Shown: piece by piece, positions 1 to 13,290 of the stretch
Position numbering within the stretch: the stretch's first letter is position 1
How the letters are laid out: every line of letters begins with the position of its first letter
Assembly (NCBI GenBank): GCA_964187785.1
Contig: OZ076413.1
Location: 46,316,001-46,376,000, forward strand
Origin: Amphiscolops sp. MND2022
Lineage: Eukaryota
Length of the DNA stretch: 60,000 bases
Direction of reading: 5' to 3'
Position numbers and translations under genes: made by a program
The notes under the pieces: model-generated
What the model saw: the letters and a program-made list of their open reading frames with translations, nothing else
Databases searched by the model: none
What the model was told of the DNA's origin: nothing

Positions 1-86
1 CGAAAAATGGATGAAATTTTTTCTGAAGAGGCTTCTTGAATACATTTTAGTGATCACTAAAATGTATTCAAGAAACCTCTTCAAAA

Positions 87-340
87 CTTCGGTTCTTCAT
101 CGAACAATTTGTGAAAAACCCATCTATTCTTTCTGTATTAGTTCATTTCTCCTTTCATTTTGTATGAAAATTTTATCCCACTTGGAACCAAAATTAACCT
201 TTTAAAATGGATCGATCCATTTTAAAAGGTTAATTTTGGTTTCAAGTGTGGATAAAAATTTCATACAAAATGAAAGGAGAAATGAACTAATACAGAAAGA
301 ATAGATGGTTTTTCACAAATTGTTCGATGAAGAACCAAAG
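87..340. repeat. Near-perfect loopless palindrome (fold-back), arms ~127 bp
   Basis: Centre GGATC|GATCC at 213/214; cttcggttcttcatcgaacaatttg at 87 mirrors caaattgttcgatgaagaaccaaag ending 340, with few mismatches. Confidence 0.95.
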
Positions 341-539
341 TGAGAACTGTTCTGAGACCGAAGTGAATAATACTTGCTTATAGAGAATGAAGTAAGAAAA
401 ATTATTTCCCCAAGTCCGCGGGGTGGACGCCGAATAATACGTTCTGCTTTTCTAAGACGGCGCCTTGTTTCGGATAATATCTCCCCATAGCAGGCTATGG
501 TACCATATTTGCAGCCAAATGGTCAACAAATGGTTCAAT

Positions 540-780
540 TGAAGCCGTGGTTTCAAAGTGACTTGCTCAAGGTCACAATATCTGACTGCTCGCCGTTGCT
601 CTTTTCCGTTTTTCTTTTCTCCGTCAAATGCGTTCATTTTTGTCATTGACCATACCACTAAGCTATGGCGGATGAAGGACTTGCTTGAGGCCCAACAATG
701 GTGAGTTGAGAGAGATTCGAACCTGATACCGCCCCCAATACAGCCGGAATGCTGTAATCACTATAGTATACACCATGCTC
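540..780 (-). mobile_element. Degenerate tRNA-derived SINE fragments
   Basis: Minus strand has a B-box GGTTCGAATC (~715-724) followed by gggcctcaagcaagtcc, and a second tgtgaccttgagcaagtcac motif at ~558-577. Confidence 0.35.
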
Positions 781-1707
781 CCCAATTTTTCCTAAAACTT
801 GGGATAATTATGTGCAGTGTACGGTTTTTCATCAAGGGGTTTCACAAGGTAGAAATTTCCCTTTTTGATTTGCGAATTTTCCTTCCACATTCTATTAAAA
901 ATTGGACTCCAGTATTTGCAGAGCTACAAAACAGCTACTTTTGATGCAAAAGTTTCAGACGATTACTATGAACAAAACCGAGGTTACCTTGTTTGACAAA
1001 AATTCTCACCTTGCAAGCGGATACCATATAAAAACTCTATCTGACGGTTCATGCTGCATTCCTACCAAACTTGCATGGTGGGCCAACCCGGGTATGAATT
1101 TCTATAAGTTTATTCTTTTTAGTCGGCATCTTCGGCGTAAAAGCACGACTACTTACAGTGGATAGATTTTTTTCTCTAGTAGCTCGGATCCGTCCACTTT
1201 TACGGAGAACGGATGGAGCGCAAATATTTTTCATACTGTACAGACCATTTGGCCTAGCCTGCAAGCTATACACATTTCTTCACGTTAAATCCAAATTAAG
1301 TTGCGTTCTACTAAGGAGGAGGCGGAGGTTCGGAAAAAACGCTCACATTTGTCCCAGCACGTTATATCCGAAGTAAAACGGGTTCTACTAAGGAAGTGAC
1401 CGAAGAGGACGAATGGAAAAAATCAATCTTTTGTTTTCGGCACTGTACCAGTCAAATCATATGGTCAAATGGTTAACCCGTTTCTTTGACTGAGAAAAAG
1501 CATTTTGCGAAATTAGTGGGTCTCCTTTTGGGTTTTTCAGCTTTATGAGAGTTTTTCTGGAAAGAAAAAACATTGACGTCTTTTTCATAAATTGAGATTT
1601 TTGATGTTTCGAGTTAGGTTCAATTTTTCTGGAAAAAAATCCACTCAATTAAAGGGTTCCCGTTCATTTCTCAGAAACAGTTCCAGCTTTAAAAAAGCGT
1701 TTAGCGA

Positions 1708-2753
1708 CCCGGGTTGACCCTCTTAATAGCATCTTGGCTGTCTTGGCAAGATCTTGCCAAATTCTTAGTACATCTTGGCAGCCATGGATCCCATGGCAAG
1801 ATTCTTATTAAGATCTTACTAAGATAATACTTGTTCCAAGATCGTATCTTATCACGATGGACAAAATTTTAAGATTTTTAAAAAACACTATACCTTCGGT
1901 ACAAGCAGCCGAGACTCAATCTAAAGGCTCATTTCACCCAACAACGACTATTTCTACTCGTTTTCATTAATCAAAATGCTTAAACCTGCTGAAAAAATTT
2001 TGCATGCAAAAATGCGTGAAAAATTACGATAACGTAGTCTGGCTTCAGAAATTCTGAGGAGAATCCCAATACTTCCTCACCTGTTTAAGACTGAAAAATG
2101 CCGAATGTACCAAATAAAAGGTAATTTCAAAAGCTTTTCAAAACTTGTAATTTATCATTCCTGTCGATTCCAGAGACGGAGAAATATGCTCTCAAACGTC
2201 CAGATCCACTATCGGAAAGTTACAAAGGAAAGACCTTAAAATCCTGAAATTTTTGTAAGAATCATATTTCCAGCTTCTTTGAGCCTGTTTAGCAGCCTTA
2301 TTACTGCTAGAAACGGCGGTCATTGCTCTATTTTGGGTAATGATTCAGCTCAAGGCTTATCTGACGCCGTTGTTGGCGACAGTTTTGCAATTGAAAAAAA
2401 AGCGATATCGAAATGGTTGTAAAAATCATTCAGTAATATTGTTTTGAGTGATGTCTAGATTATTTTTGCATAACTCTTAATTTAATGGTTTTCTGATTCT
2501 ACTTTTTCTCGATATCGAGCAGTTCGTAGCATTTTTTTTCTTGCCAGATTCGGCTTCTTAGTTAGATTTTTCTTGCCATATTGGGCTTCTTAGTAAGATT
2601 TTTCTTGGAAACATGGCTCTCTTGATAAGATCTTACCATGGCATCTTGCAATTCTTGGCAATATCTTGTCACGATCTTAGCTAAGAATTTTCCAAGATCT
2701 TGGCAAGATCTTGCCAAGATCTTACTAAGATATCCATGGAGGGTCGACCCGGG
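1708..2753. mobile_element. Non-autonomous DNA transposon (MITE), CMC/EnSpm-like
   Basis: 15-bp TIRs cccgggttgaccctc / gagggtcgacccggg, 2-bp flanking GA duplication, many subterminal caagatcttg-type repeats at both ends. Confidence 0.75.
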
Positions 2754-3000
2754 GAGCTTAATGCTCCTTTTCCGCACTTTGAGACTTTATCCGAAGAGAA
2801 ATTTTTCGGAAAAAAATAAATTTTGGAATTTTTTGTTTCCAAATGGGGAAAAGTGATTTTTGAGTTTCTTGGGTATCTCTTCGGGTATTTTTGGTGCTGG
2901 AAATTGGATGAAATTTTCACAATGCTGAGCATTCGTGTATTCAAAACACTTTGCCTTTGGAACTTGAACGGGGCCCCAACTTTGGCGTTCCCGGCTTGTT
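2754..3000 (+). mobile_element. End of a dispersed repeat family (possibly Helitron/Helentron-like), interrupted by the 1708-2753 MITE
   Basis: Ends in a GC-rich stretch plus cccggcttgtt; similar sequence occurs at ~10620-10995, ~49080-49325 and reverse-complemented from ~50543. Confidence 0.35.
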
Positions 3001-3054
3001 ATTTGTACTCTTAGTTTTATTCGTTTTACATTGATGACGCAGTTCAGTTCTCAG

Positions 3055-3516
3055 CAGGGGCACATGACAACTGAAAAATCACCGAAAATTTCACGTTAGA
3101 TTCAAACAAATTACACGGAAAAATTACGGAAAATGTTTAAAAAACCACGCTTTTTCACGCAAAAAATATCAATTAACACATATTTATTCAACAAATTTTG
3201 CAATGACATAAAGAAACAAAAGGTGTTTCATGGTAGTTTCATCCATATTTTCCCTTTCTTCGCTTAGTAATTTATTGAAATACGAGAATGTGCGCTCTTC
3301 CGACGCACAAGACGAGGGAAGAAATAAATCAGTTATTAAGTGATTAAATTTGTATGTAACAACAATAAAAGGGGTATACTATGGCGGTAGTTGTGTTATT
3401 TTACACGCTATTTTACTTATTGAGCTGTAATTTCATGCCATATCACGACGTGATTTGATTAGTCGAATTACATGGAATTTCACGCGATTTCACTCCGTGT
3501 TTTATTTCTGCCCCTG
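3055..3516. mobile_element. hAT-type MITE (462 bp)
   Basis: TIRs caggggca...tgcccctg with exact 8-bp TSD gttctcag at 3047-3054 and 3517-3524. Confidence 0.9.
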
Positions 3517-5067
3517 GTTCTCAGCTTAAACAAATTTCACTTAATTGTAGGATTGTGTATGCATGCAAAATTGTACAAACTTTTTCCATCTTTCTTCAAC
3601 ATCTAGGAAGTTCTGTGTAAGAGTAACGAAGATGAATGCAACTGTTTGATTGACAGCGTGATCACAAATAAGAGCCACCACTTGAGATTCGCCAAAATTC
3701 ACGGGAGCCTCAAACAGAAGTGTGTCTAAAAATACAAACATTAAAATTTATTTCTTGAGAAAACCATCAGATGAATTTTAAATATCATAGCTTTCTCCGA
3801 TGTAAAACCGTCTAGAGAAAAACATATTATTAGTGTAAAGATAGAATGACCCTGGAAGCGCTATATTTATTCTTTTTCGAATGTTGTTATATAGCTCGAT
3901 AAATATGTATACTGCCAAATTTCTCATTTCAAATAAATGCTTAATCGAACAGTGTTGAATACAGCAGTTCTAATGGATTATTCATGAATGAATTATTAGA
4001 AAACTGGATTTTAAAAGTGGAGAAAAGAACGCAAATCTTCCGAAATGTAACTGCCTTTATGTTTTCTTAACTTATGCGCTGAGAAATTTGGAAACAATTG
4101 CCTGTTAGGTGTCTAAGAATTCGAAAACTCTAAAACCTTAGAATCGCCATTAACTTCGTCTTGTGCTAAACGCTCTTTATTTTTTCATGGCAATTTCATA
4201 GCTTCAATTTAAAATGATATGGGGCAAACACACTAAAACTGATGACATTCTGTATTAACCCTAAGTGGACCAGGAAATTTCCGGATTCATCCAAAAATCT
4301 GGTGATTAAACTTTAAACCGCAATATCTCCTAAAATATTCAAGCCCGACAAACAATTTATAGCACGTTCGAAGGAAGACTATCAGGGCTTTCAATTTGAT
4401 ACTTGAACTGCTGGACTGGTGCTCCGGCCTTTGCGACAGAACTTTGAACGCCTCGTGTTTCTGACTGCATTTCACCATGTTCCAAAACATGCTAGGGTCA
4501 CTTTGACCCAATCTTGATACCAGTGGGATAAAGTGGCCACAAACGAGAACATGAAAAACGGATAATCTGCGCTGAGTTTTTTTGGTTTTTTGGTCCCGTT
4601 TTCTTGATTTTGGAGACGACATGTCAAAATTTCGCGAAAAGGCATGCAATGTTATGTAATATCGTCTGAAAATCTTATTCAAGAGATTTCTTTACCATAC
4701 GGTCAGCTGGTTCGTTTAAAAGTTTGCAGAAACTTACTGGTACGAATTCGTACCGATGGTCCATTTAGGGTTATAGTAATTGAATTGCGACAAATTGAAC
4801 TTTTAACAGAAGAAAAAATTATGGGCATCAGAATGGCAACATTTATTACCTTGCAGAGTTCAAAACCAAAAAAAAGATGCTCAATACTTTACTCAGTGGA
4901 CTGAGTAGAGTATGGAAAACAATTCTGGAAAAACTCAATATATATATTTTAAATTCACAGAAGTTCTACCGGGACCCCGACGTTTCACGAGGATTCCGTT
5001 GAAAATTCCCACCTTTATCAAAAAAATATAATTTAGACGAATCATTGGAAAAGATCAGGGTGCCTAC

Positions 5068-5250
5068 CGTCTCCTCCAGAGGTGTTGTCTGGCTTGAAAT
5101 TAAGGATGCGGCTGCAGTTGTGCCACTGGTCGTCGACTGGACTGAGCTGGGTGCTGTTCACGCACTGGCAGTTCTGAGTGACCGCGAAGGGCTCGAACCC
5201 CATGTTGATTCCCTCCTCCTCTCTCATCACTATCGCACTGATCGCTATCA
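5068..5250 (-). CDS. Candidate internal exon of a host gene (183 bp, phase 1-1), possibly an extracellular loop of a membrane or secreted protein
   Basis: ttgcag acceptor at 5251 and G|GTAGGC donor at 5067; open and GC-richer than flanks; peptide IAISAIVMREEEGINMGFEPFAVTQNCQCVNSTQ... with three N-x-S/T sites. Confidence 0.35.
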
Positions 5251-5882
5251 CTGCAACACATCACCGATATCTACGATACGATACCGATTGTACCTACTAT
5301 TGTCGGTACGATTGCCCTACTATTTGAGCAACCATGTTATAGTTTGCTGATGTTATAGTAAAAAGAAGCTCAGCCAAAATCAAACTGAGCATGAGTTCAC
5401 CTACAACTGTTCACTTTAAACTGGTACTTAATTTAAACAATTTTAGAGCTATAGCGTTCTACTACAAATCAGTTCTAATCGAAATAATTGAATGTTTTAT
5501 TTATAATGAATCGAAAGAAACGAATTAATTGTAACGACAAGCCATAGCCGTTCAATATGAAGTAGGAGGAACTCTTGACAATGGTATGAGCCCGGGACAT
5601 CCTGGGGTAAGAACTGTTCTGTCAGGAGGGGGTCGTCATCTCTTAAGGAGCCCTAGCCAGCTTGTTCCAGTCTTTTATTGCCAACAGTAACGGGCATTTT
5701 GCTTTGTCTTCGGAACCACCCTTTAGTTAGCATTTAAAAACGATTCCAAAAAGAAATTATGTAAATTTCACCATTCAGGGTGACTTGCGGAATAACATCT
5801 AAAATTGCCAAGTAGCCAAAGAATCACAACAAACTGCAACAATCTCGGCGGTAACATTTATTTGTCAAAGCCCAAATTCAGC

Positions 5883-6257
5883 TCGTAAGCTGATTCACCT
5901 CGTAAGCTGGGGCAGCACAGACACAGGTTTGTAAATTAGTCAAAAAGACTCATTTTGCGGTTTTCGCTACATAAGGTAGCATACTGCTAAAATGAAGAAA
6001 ACCAAGGGTGTTAGCAGCTCAAAAGAGTCTCTTTTTCTCTTTTTTTGCTGTCTCTGTCGTCTGTGATGGCGGCTGGCCTTTGTTTCGTTCTCGATCTTGC
6101 TCTTTTTGTCGAAGTATCTGCCAATTTTGTTGAAACAGCAAAAAAAAAAAACAATCACATGCTCAGTGCCACGTCGAATAGCGAAATAGAATTTTTCTTC
6201 AATTTTCTGCAATCACACAATCACTATATTTCTGTATTTATCTGTTAGAGGTGATCG
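5883..6257 (+). repeat. ~375-bp dispersed repeat, copy 1
   Basis: Clearly similar to 8327-8693 (tcgtaagctgattca...ttagaggtgatc); a diverged relative lies at ~59840-59950. Confidence 0.9.
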
Positions 6258-8326
6258 TTAAAAACACTCCCCGGGCCTTATGCACGACGTCCCCGGTAGT
6301 TGGCAAGGAATACATCTCCACTTCATCATTGCAATTCCATGAGAAGTCCAATTGGCCATGTTGTAAGGGTACAGTGGCACTATCGTCGTATGCTGTGTTT
6401 GGGCAAAATTGAAATTCTGTTTCATGCAATCTATTGAGCTTGCATCGTTCATTGGCTGGAAGGAGCCCTTAGGCTCGAAAACAAGCACTCAAAAAATTGC
6501 ACCTTCAAACAAGATTGCCTTTTTGGTGACCTTTTTGTGTGGTCCGTTTTCGTCAATTTCTCAAAGAGTATCGTTTCAATTGACACAAAATTTGTCTGTC
6601 AATGGTTATGAGTACTCACAAAGGTGTTGCAGTGGTCGAATAGAAGCACGGATGCTTCGTTGAGGTTTCGAACAGGTTCAGATACTACTTCCGAAAAAAC
6701 AGTGATTTTTGTCACTTATTCCAGAAATTGGCTAAGAGTGTCACCCCAAGAAACGTTACGGCAATCAAAATAGGGCCAAACCGTTGCCCCACTAGCCGTA
6801 GCACTACGAGTATCCCACTAGTAGCTGTGCCCTTTAGGTATGAGGCACTGTCAGTTCTGTAGTTTTGGACAATATCGGGAACTTTTAACCTTTCTGAGGT
6901 CAAAACGTCGAAACATTTTTCTGACCTTTGGCTGACGGTAGGCTCACCAACGTTTCTGGGTGAACGTGACTTTTGGTGGCAATTGCGGAATCCGCTTTTC
7001 AGTAGGGTTACGATATCTTTGACCTGACCCTTTGGGACAGTCCAGATTGATGATAAAATGGGTTATTTCAGTGCTTCTTTGAACATTTCTCGGCACTGAA
7101 AAAGAATGTTTCGACGCAGTTTTCATCTTCAAACAACAATTTTACTATATTACCTAAAAATGAGAGCTCTTGAGCTCCCAGACAACAAGAAAGTTAAGTG
7201 CCCTATCAATTTTTACTAGGAACTCGGACACTTCTGAAACTAGTTAAAAATCAAGGTTTTTTGATTCTTTTCCGCCAAGAAAACTGTAAAAAGCCTGCTC
7301 AAAACGTTACTTCCTGTGCCGTGAAGTGTGCTCAAGCAAATAGCAGCACGTGGGAGGCAAGTACATTACTTTAGGACACTCCCTCAGTGACAGTTTCTGA
7401 TGGTTTTTTGCCAAAATCACAAAAATACGCTTTCTTTTATACAAATTGCTTCCGAAAATGCGCTCCAACGGTCTTTCTGATTATCATTGCACTAACGCCA
7501 AACCTCTTGAGGTTTCTTGCTACTTTATATTCAGTTCTGCAATTGCGCTTGTTCCAAGAGAATCGACAAAGAGCATAAATTGACGTTCTTGCAAGTTTTG
7601 CGCAAAATATTGCAGTTTTTTCGAAGAAAGTGGGTTCAAAAGCACACACTGAGTTGCAACAGGGGAAACTAGCATGACGGAACTACCATACTCCAAAAGA
7701 CCGATACTTCGGGCATGAGGGGTGGTACCTTCGTCGTCTTTTTTCATAACACTCAGACCAGCAAGAGACAAACTGTTTGGACCGTTAGAAACTTCAGCAC
7801 TTGTGCTACAACCTCTAGCACGTCTTCACAAGAAATATGAAGGAAGAGTCGGAACACTTGTTTCTGCTCATTTATTGGTCGGATGAAGCATGGCGCATCT
7901 TCCATCCGACCACCTCGTACATGACCAAAAACGCTGGAATTAGCTGTAAAACACCTATTGCAACATGCCTAACGGCTTTCTAGCTATTCACTAGGCCATT
8001 ACAAAGGTACCCGCTGATGTGAACTTATAATTTTAGATGATACCGGTCAACAAATACCAGTTACAATAACATCATCGGTATTTGGAAAAGTCACCTGAAG
8101 AACGACAGAAACCCTGCTCCAGAATATTTGTCAAAAACATCAAACCTTTGAAAAATGAAGGAAAAATTCTGCGTAAACATCTCCAACCAGAGCCAGGTCG
8201 TACTTGGCGTCAATCACCAGAAAGCCGGCTTTTTTAAAACCATTAAGGGAAGCGTTCCAAGACGACACCCATCCCTCTGTGGTCGCCATAAAATGTAGCC
8301 TCCATGTAACGGCAATCCATAGCTGT

Positions 8327-8693
8327 TCGTAAGCTGATTCAGCTCGTAAGCGGTGGCAGCACAGACACAGGTTTGTAAATTAGTCAAAAAGACTCATTTT
8401 GCGGTTTTCGCTACATACTGCTAAAATCAAGAAAACCAAGGGTGTTAGCACCTTAAAAAGAGTCTCTTTTTTGCTGTCTCTGTCGTCTGTGATGGCGGCT
8501 GGCCTTTGTTCTTTTCTCGATCTTGCTCTTTTTATCGAAGTACCTGCCAATTTCGTTGAAACAATTCCGTTGAAACAGTTAAAAGAGCAATCACATGCTC
8601 AGTGCCACGTCGAACAGCGAATTATAATTTTTCATCAATTTTCTGCAATCGCACAATCACTGTATTTCTGTATTTAGCTATTAGAGGTGATCA
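8327..8693 (+). repeat. ~375-bp dispersed repeat, copy 2
   Basis: Direct repeat of 5883-6257 with small indels and substitutions. Confidence 0.9.
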
Positions 8694-11600
8694 TTACAAA
8701 TCATCTAAGAGGTTGGCTAACAGGTCAAATGTTAAAATCAGGCTATCATAACTATAATGTATGGAGTCCTTGAGGAGAGTTTAATGATTCCTTACAAAAA
8801 CTCTTTTGATTCAATGCTTGCAAACGCATGGAGAGCATTGATACACTAGTTTCATGAATGGAAAAGCATGGAATCGCGTTGATCTTATGTTTCAATATAT
8901 GGAATTGCAATTGCATGCAAGAGTCATGATTTCGGGGGTCTTCCATTTTAAAATGATTTTTGAAAAATGTGTCATCAGATTAAACTTTATATCTATAGAT
9001 GCATTCCTGCATATTGCATGCGTTTCCTGATTCCAAAAGATTACTTTTTTCGATATATCGAAAAAGTTATCATACTTTCGATCGTCATTCTTGAATTTCA
9101 TCGAATTGAAGCAAAAATTTGAACACAGGAACAAAAAGAAACATAATTAAAGGCAAATGCAAATTTGGCACACAACTTTTAGATTTGCTAAATGAAAATC
9201 ACGATCAGTAGACGGTTTATAAAACATATAATGATGGAAAGTTATTTTGCTGATAGCCCAGCTTACAATATCCGATGACAAACGTCCAAGAATTTTTCTT
9301 GACCGCCTACAATTTTTTAAAATTTTTAGAGTCCCAATTTCACACTCACAACACTAACGTGTCTATCATAGTAAGGTCACAACATTATCGTATCAATCAC
9401 GGACATTGCTGGGATTTGTAATATGTGTAGTACACCTGCTTTTCCTCATTTTAAGATTCGTTTCGTAAGTCTCCGAGTAATGTTTGACATGATCGAAGAA
9501 GCCATATTTACATGTTTTAGTCGGTCTTTTTATTAGCAAATATAACCGCCTAAATTGTCTGATACTGAACAGGCAATTTTAAACGGGATAAAATAGCCGA
9601 TTTCCACAACAGACAAAAAACATTTTCAGACAAATTTGTTAAATGTGACAAAACGGCCGACTTCGGAAAAAAACTGAAAAGAGCCGATTTGAGATACATG
9701 TGGTGAAATTTGAACTGGAAAAAAAGGAAAACATAGCACCCAATCATTATCTGAAGCATGAGGAGTCAGCAAAGAGAATTCGCTAATTATTAAATCTACT
9801 GTAGCAGCTCAAGTGTAGTTGAACCAATACAATTAGTTAATGGAAATGAATTGAAGAAACACTGGAACAGCTCATTGTTTCATCAACTCAGAACAAATCT
9901 CTGAACAGATCGGTGATTCAAGTCTCAAGTCTTCACTCACTCATCTCAGGTTTCGAAATACGAAATGCATCGTCAGTCTGCAAACTAAAAACTCCGCGCG
10001 AAAAGAACCCATGATAAATTCAAAAAATATTCAGTGGAGAATTAGGAAAAATTGAGAGAATTAAGAAAAAAACTTTTTTGCAAGTGCTTTTGAACTACGT
10101 GCTGCAGATGGAACCAGTAAAAGAGTTTCAGACACTTGAGAGCCATTTCACCAATTGGTCAGCGCAGCACGTGACAAGGAAACATTTGGCTGCTGACTTT
10201 CATTCAAAAAACTTCCAATGTGCAGAGTTTTCTAGCTGGAGTGACTCATCACTAAAAATTAAGCTATTTTTTTTACGAATCTTCAATTTTAAAAAAAATT
10301 TCTTTGTCATTTTCATAGAAACTGAAAAAATAAAAACAAGACGGCCGCTGAGCAGCGAGATATTTTCCGCCTCAAGCTGTTCTACCACTACATAAATTTG
10401 AGGCTCAAGAATAGCTAAGTTACTATAAAAACGCAAAGAAGTTCGAATAAAAGAAAGCTTTGTTTCATTTTAGCTCGTTTTTAAAGAAAACACCACATTT
10501 TATTATTTCTGCAAAAGCTGGCCACTTTTTGTTTTCCACTATGCGACTTCCCGAGTGAAGAGAAAATTTTCGATGAAATTTTAAAAAAAATCGGAAACTT
10601 ATTTCGAAATTTTTAGTTTTTGAGGTTTTCTGTAAAGGAAATAAGTTTCTCGAGTCTTGAGGGTGACCTCTCTGTTACTTTTGATCATGAGGAACTGATG
10701 AGTTTTCTTATTGATAGTGGAAATTAACTCGTTTCAGTTTTTTCGTGTCTGTGTCTTTCCGAAACATTCATTCGGTCGAAGGGGACCACCTCGCGTTTTT
10801 GGCTGATTTCGCCATCATAAAAACTTTACCGAAAGAAATCCAAAGAAATGATTTTTTTGTGATTCCTGTTGGGCGAAAAGTGGTTTCCGAGGCTCAGGCG
10901 TATTTCTCGACGTAATTTTTGGCACTGAGAAAATATTAAAAGATTGAAACTAGGTCTTTTGCAAGTGTAAGAAACTTGAACGGTCCTGGTTTGTTGTATT
11001 ATTGCACATTATCATCTTTTCGACAAATTTGGGGTCAATTTGAGGAATTTTTCTAACATGAATCTCGAGAGGTCTTCACAAAAACAAGCCTACTGCACAC
11101 CGAGTTTGGAATGTGCCTTTCCTTTGGAAGGTGTACTCCATATCTAGTGATTTTGCTTGGAGCTCATTGAATATCAAATATTGTACAAATAAAGTCGAAG
11201 TTTATGTTTTCAAGAAAAAAAAATGAAAGTTGTGCAAAAAAACTTGTCTGATATCTTTCTGAATTACTACCGGGAGCTACACATTTCAATCCTCAGCCTA
11301 TGGCAATTCTTATTGAAGTAAACTTTTGGAAAGGGTCCAAAATTGGGTTTATGTTCTCGAAAAAAAAGGAAAATTTGGAAAATTTGATACTTTTGTGTTG
11401 GAAACTCGATGAATTTCATCCCAATTTTTTCCCAAAGTGCTATTTGAATACCCCATTGGTTCAACGCTCTGGTCAATGGAAATTTTATTCTTCAAAAATT
11501 TTCGTGGTTTGAACAAAAATTGGGAACAATTTGTCAAAAAACGTGCTTTTTTGTTGTTTCATGGATTTTGGGAGTGGGGCCACTTCAAGCAAAAAATTGC

Positions 11601-11999
11601 AGTCAAATCTTCGAAATTGCCTACTGGAGACCAGGATTAGTTATCGGTGAGTTTTTAAAACCATTTTGGAAAAAAACTCAATAACTGTACAAACAGACTG
11701 CCTAAAAATGTTTTAAAAAAATTGATATTGCTGTTTTTTGCCGTATTTGGATCATTTTGAGGACCATTTCATCCAAAAAACATGCCAACTATTATGCGAA
11801 TGGTGCCGTGGACCTCGTTTCATCATCAGAGCCTTTCGAAGCTTTTATGTCTACAAAATTTTCTGTTCTCAAACGAAAATTCACTCGAAATGTCAGATAT
11901 TAACAAAAAGTTTGACAATTTTGAGTTTCTACCGTCAGTTTTGAGTCATTTTACAACCGAAGTCCGAAAATATTTCTTTAAAAGTCTACTGGATTTTGC

Positions 12000-13290
12000 C
12001 TTCAATCTTTGTTGAACGATTGCCAACATTTTGATTCTGAATCGATGTTAAAAGTACAAAAGCTGCACAAAAACGAAGATGTTGAAATTTTTCGACTCAT
12101 TTGGGGTCATTCTGAAGTATTTTTGAAGCAAAGCGCTGCAACGTTCTCTTCAAAAAAGTAATGCATAGCTCATTCTTTTGTTGTTGATTGCATTGGAACT
12201 TACAACGATATCTCTCGGAAATTGAACAGAAATTGCATCGAAAACGACAAAAACTTTAAAAATTTTCGACAAGTTTCGACAATCTGACGAAAGCTCACCG
12301 AACCAACAAGGTGTTCCCTTGTTTAGGGTTTTTACCATTCTAGTCCTTGGCGTCTCTTGATAGTTTGACAAATATGCAACAAAATGGTGGAAACCGGAAA
12401 GTTTTTGAATTTTTGTAGTTTTCGATGTCAATTCCAGACATGTTTCATTTGAAAAACTGCTTTGTCTCTTCTCTACGCATACTGGACAACATGTTCTCTC
12501 CTTGTTGGCCCTTCTCAACATTCCAAGTCTGGTAAAAATTTGGGAAAAAGCCATAAAAACTTTGAAAATTGGAAAATTTTGGGTTTTTTGTCATTTTCAG
12601 TGTCAATTTGAGACATTTTTGATTAAAACTTCACTTATCTTTTCATAAAAGACTACTGGACAACCAACCCTTTCCTTTGTTCACCCTTCTAATGATTCCA
12701 ATCCACGAAATCTGTCAAACCTTTTACAAAAAATGCATAAAAACTTAAAAAATGGAAAATTTCGGCTTTTTGTGATTTTCGGTGTCAATTTGAGACATTT
12801 TTCATTTTGAAACCTGCAATTACCTCTCCATAAAAGACTACTTGACAACGAATTCTTACCTTGATGAACGTTTTCATTATTCGAATCCACGGAGTCTGTC
12901 TGAAGTTTGACAGCAATGGTATGAAACCTTTGAAAACCAATAAACTCTTCGGAAAAGCCTACTGGACAGGGAATTTTTTCCTTATTGACCCTTTTCAACA
13001 TTACAATCCACGAAGTCTGTCAAAAATTTGACAAAAGTTGCAAAAGAATTTGAAAAGTGGAAAGTTTTCGGTTTTTTGTCATTTTCGGTGTCAATTTGAG
13101 ATATTTTTATTTGGAAAACAGCTAGTAGCTCTTGGGAAAACCCTATTGAACAACGTATTCGTGCCTTGTTGATCGTTTTCAACATTCTGATCCACGATAT
13201 CTATCGAAAAACTGACAAAAATTGCATTGAAGTGTAAAAAACTCTGAATAATTTGCAATTTTCCTCATTTTTGGGTCATTCCATGGGTAA
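12000..13290. repeat. Degenerate tandem array with ~175-180-bp unit
   Basis: Variants of tgtcaatttgagacatttt recur at ~12426, 12601, 12783 and 13089, and tactggaca-type motifs recur with a similar period. Confidence 0.7.

Noticed and set aside
6238..6488. Possible second host exon
   Set aside because: No convincing splice-site pair or recognisable motif in either open frame
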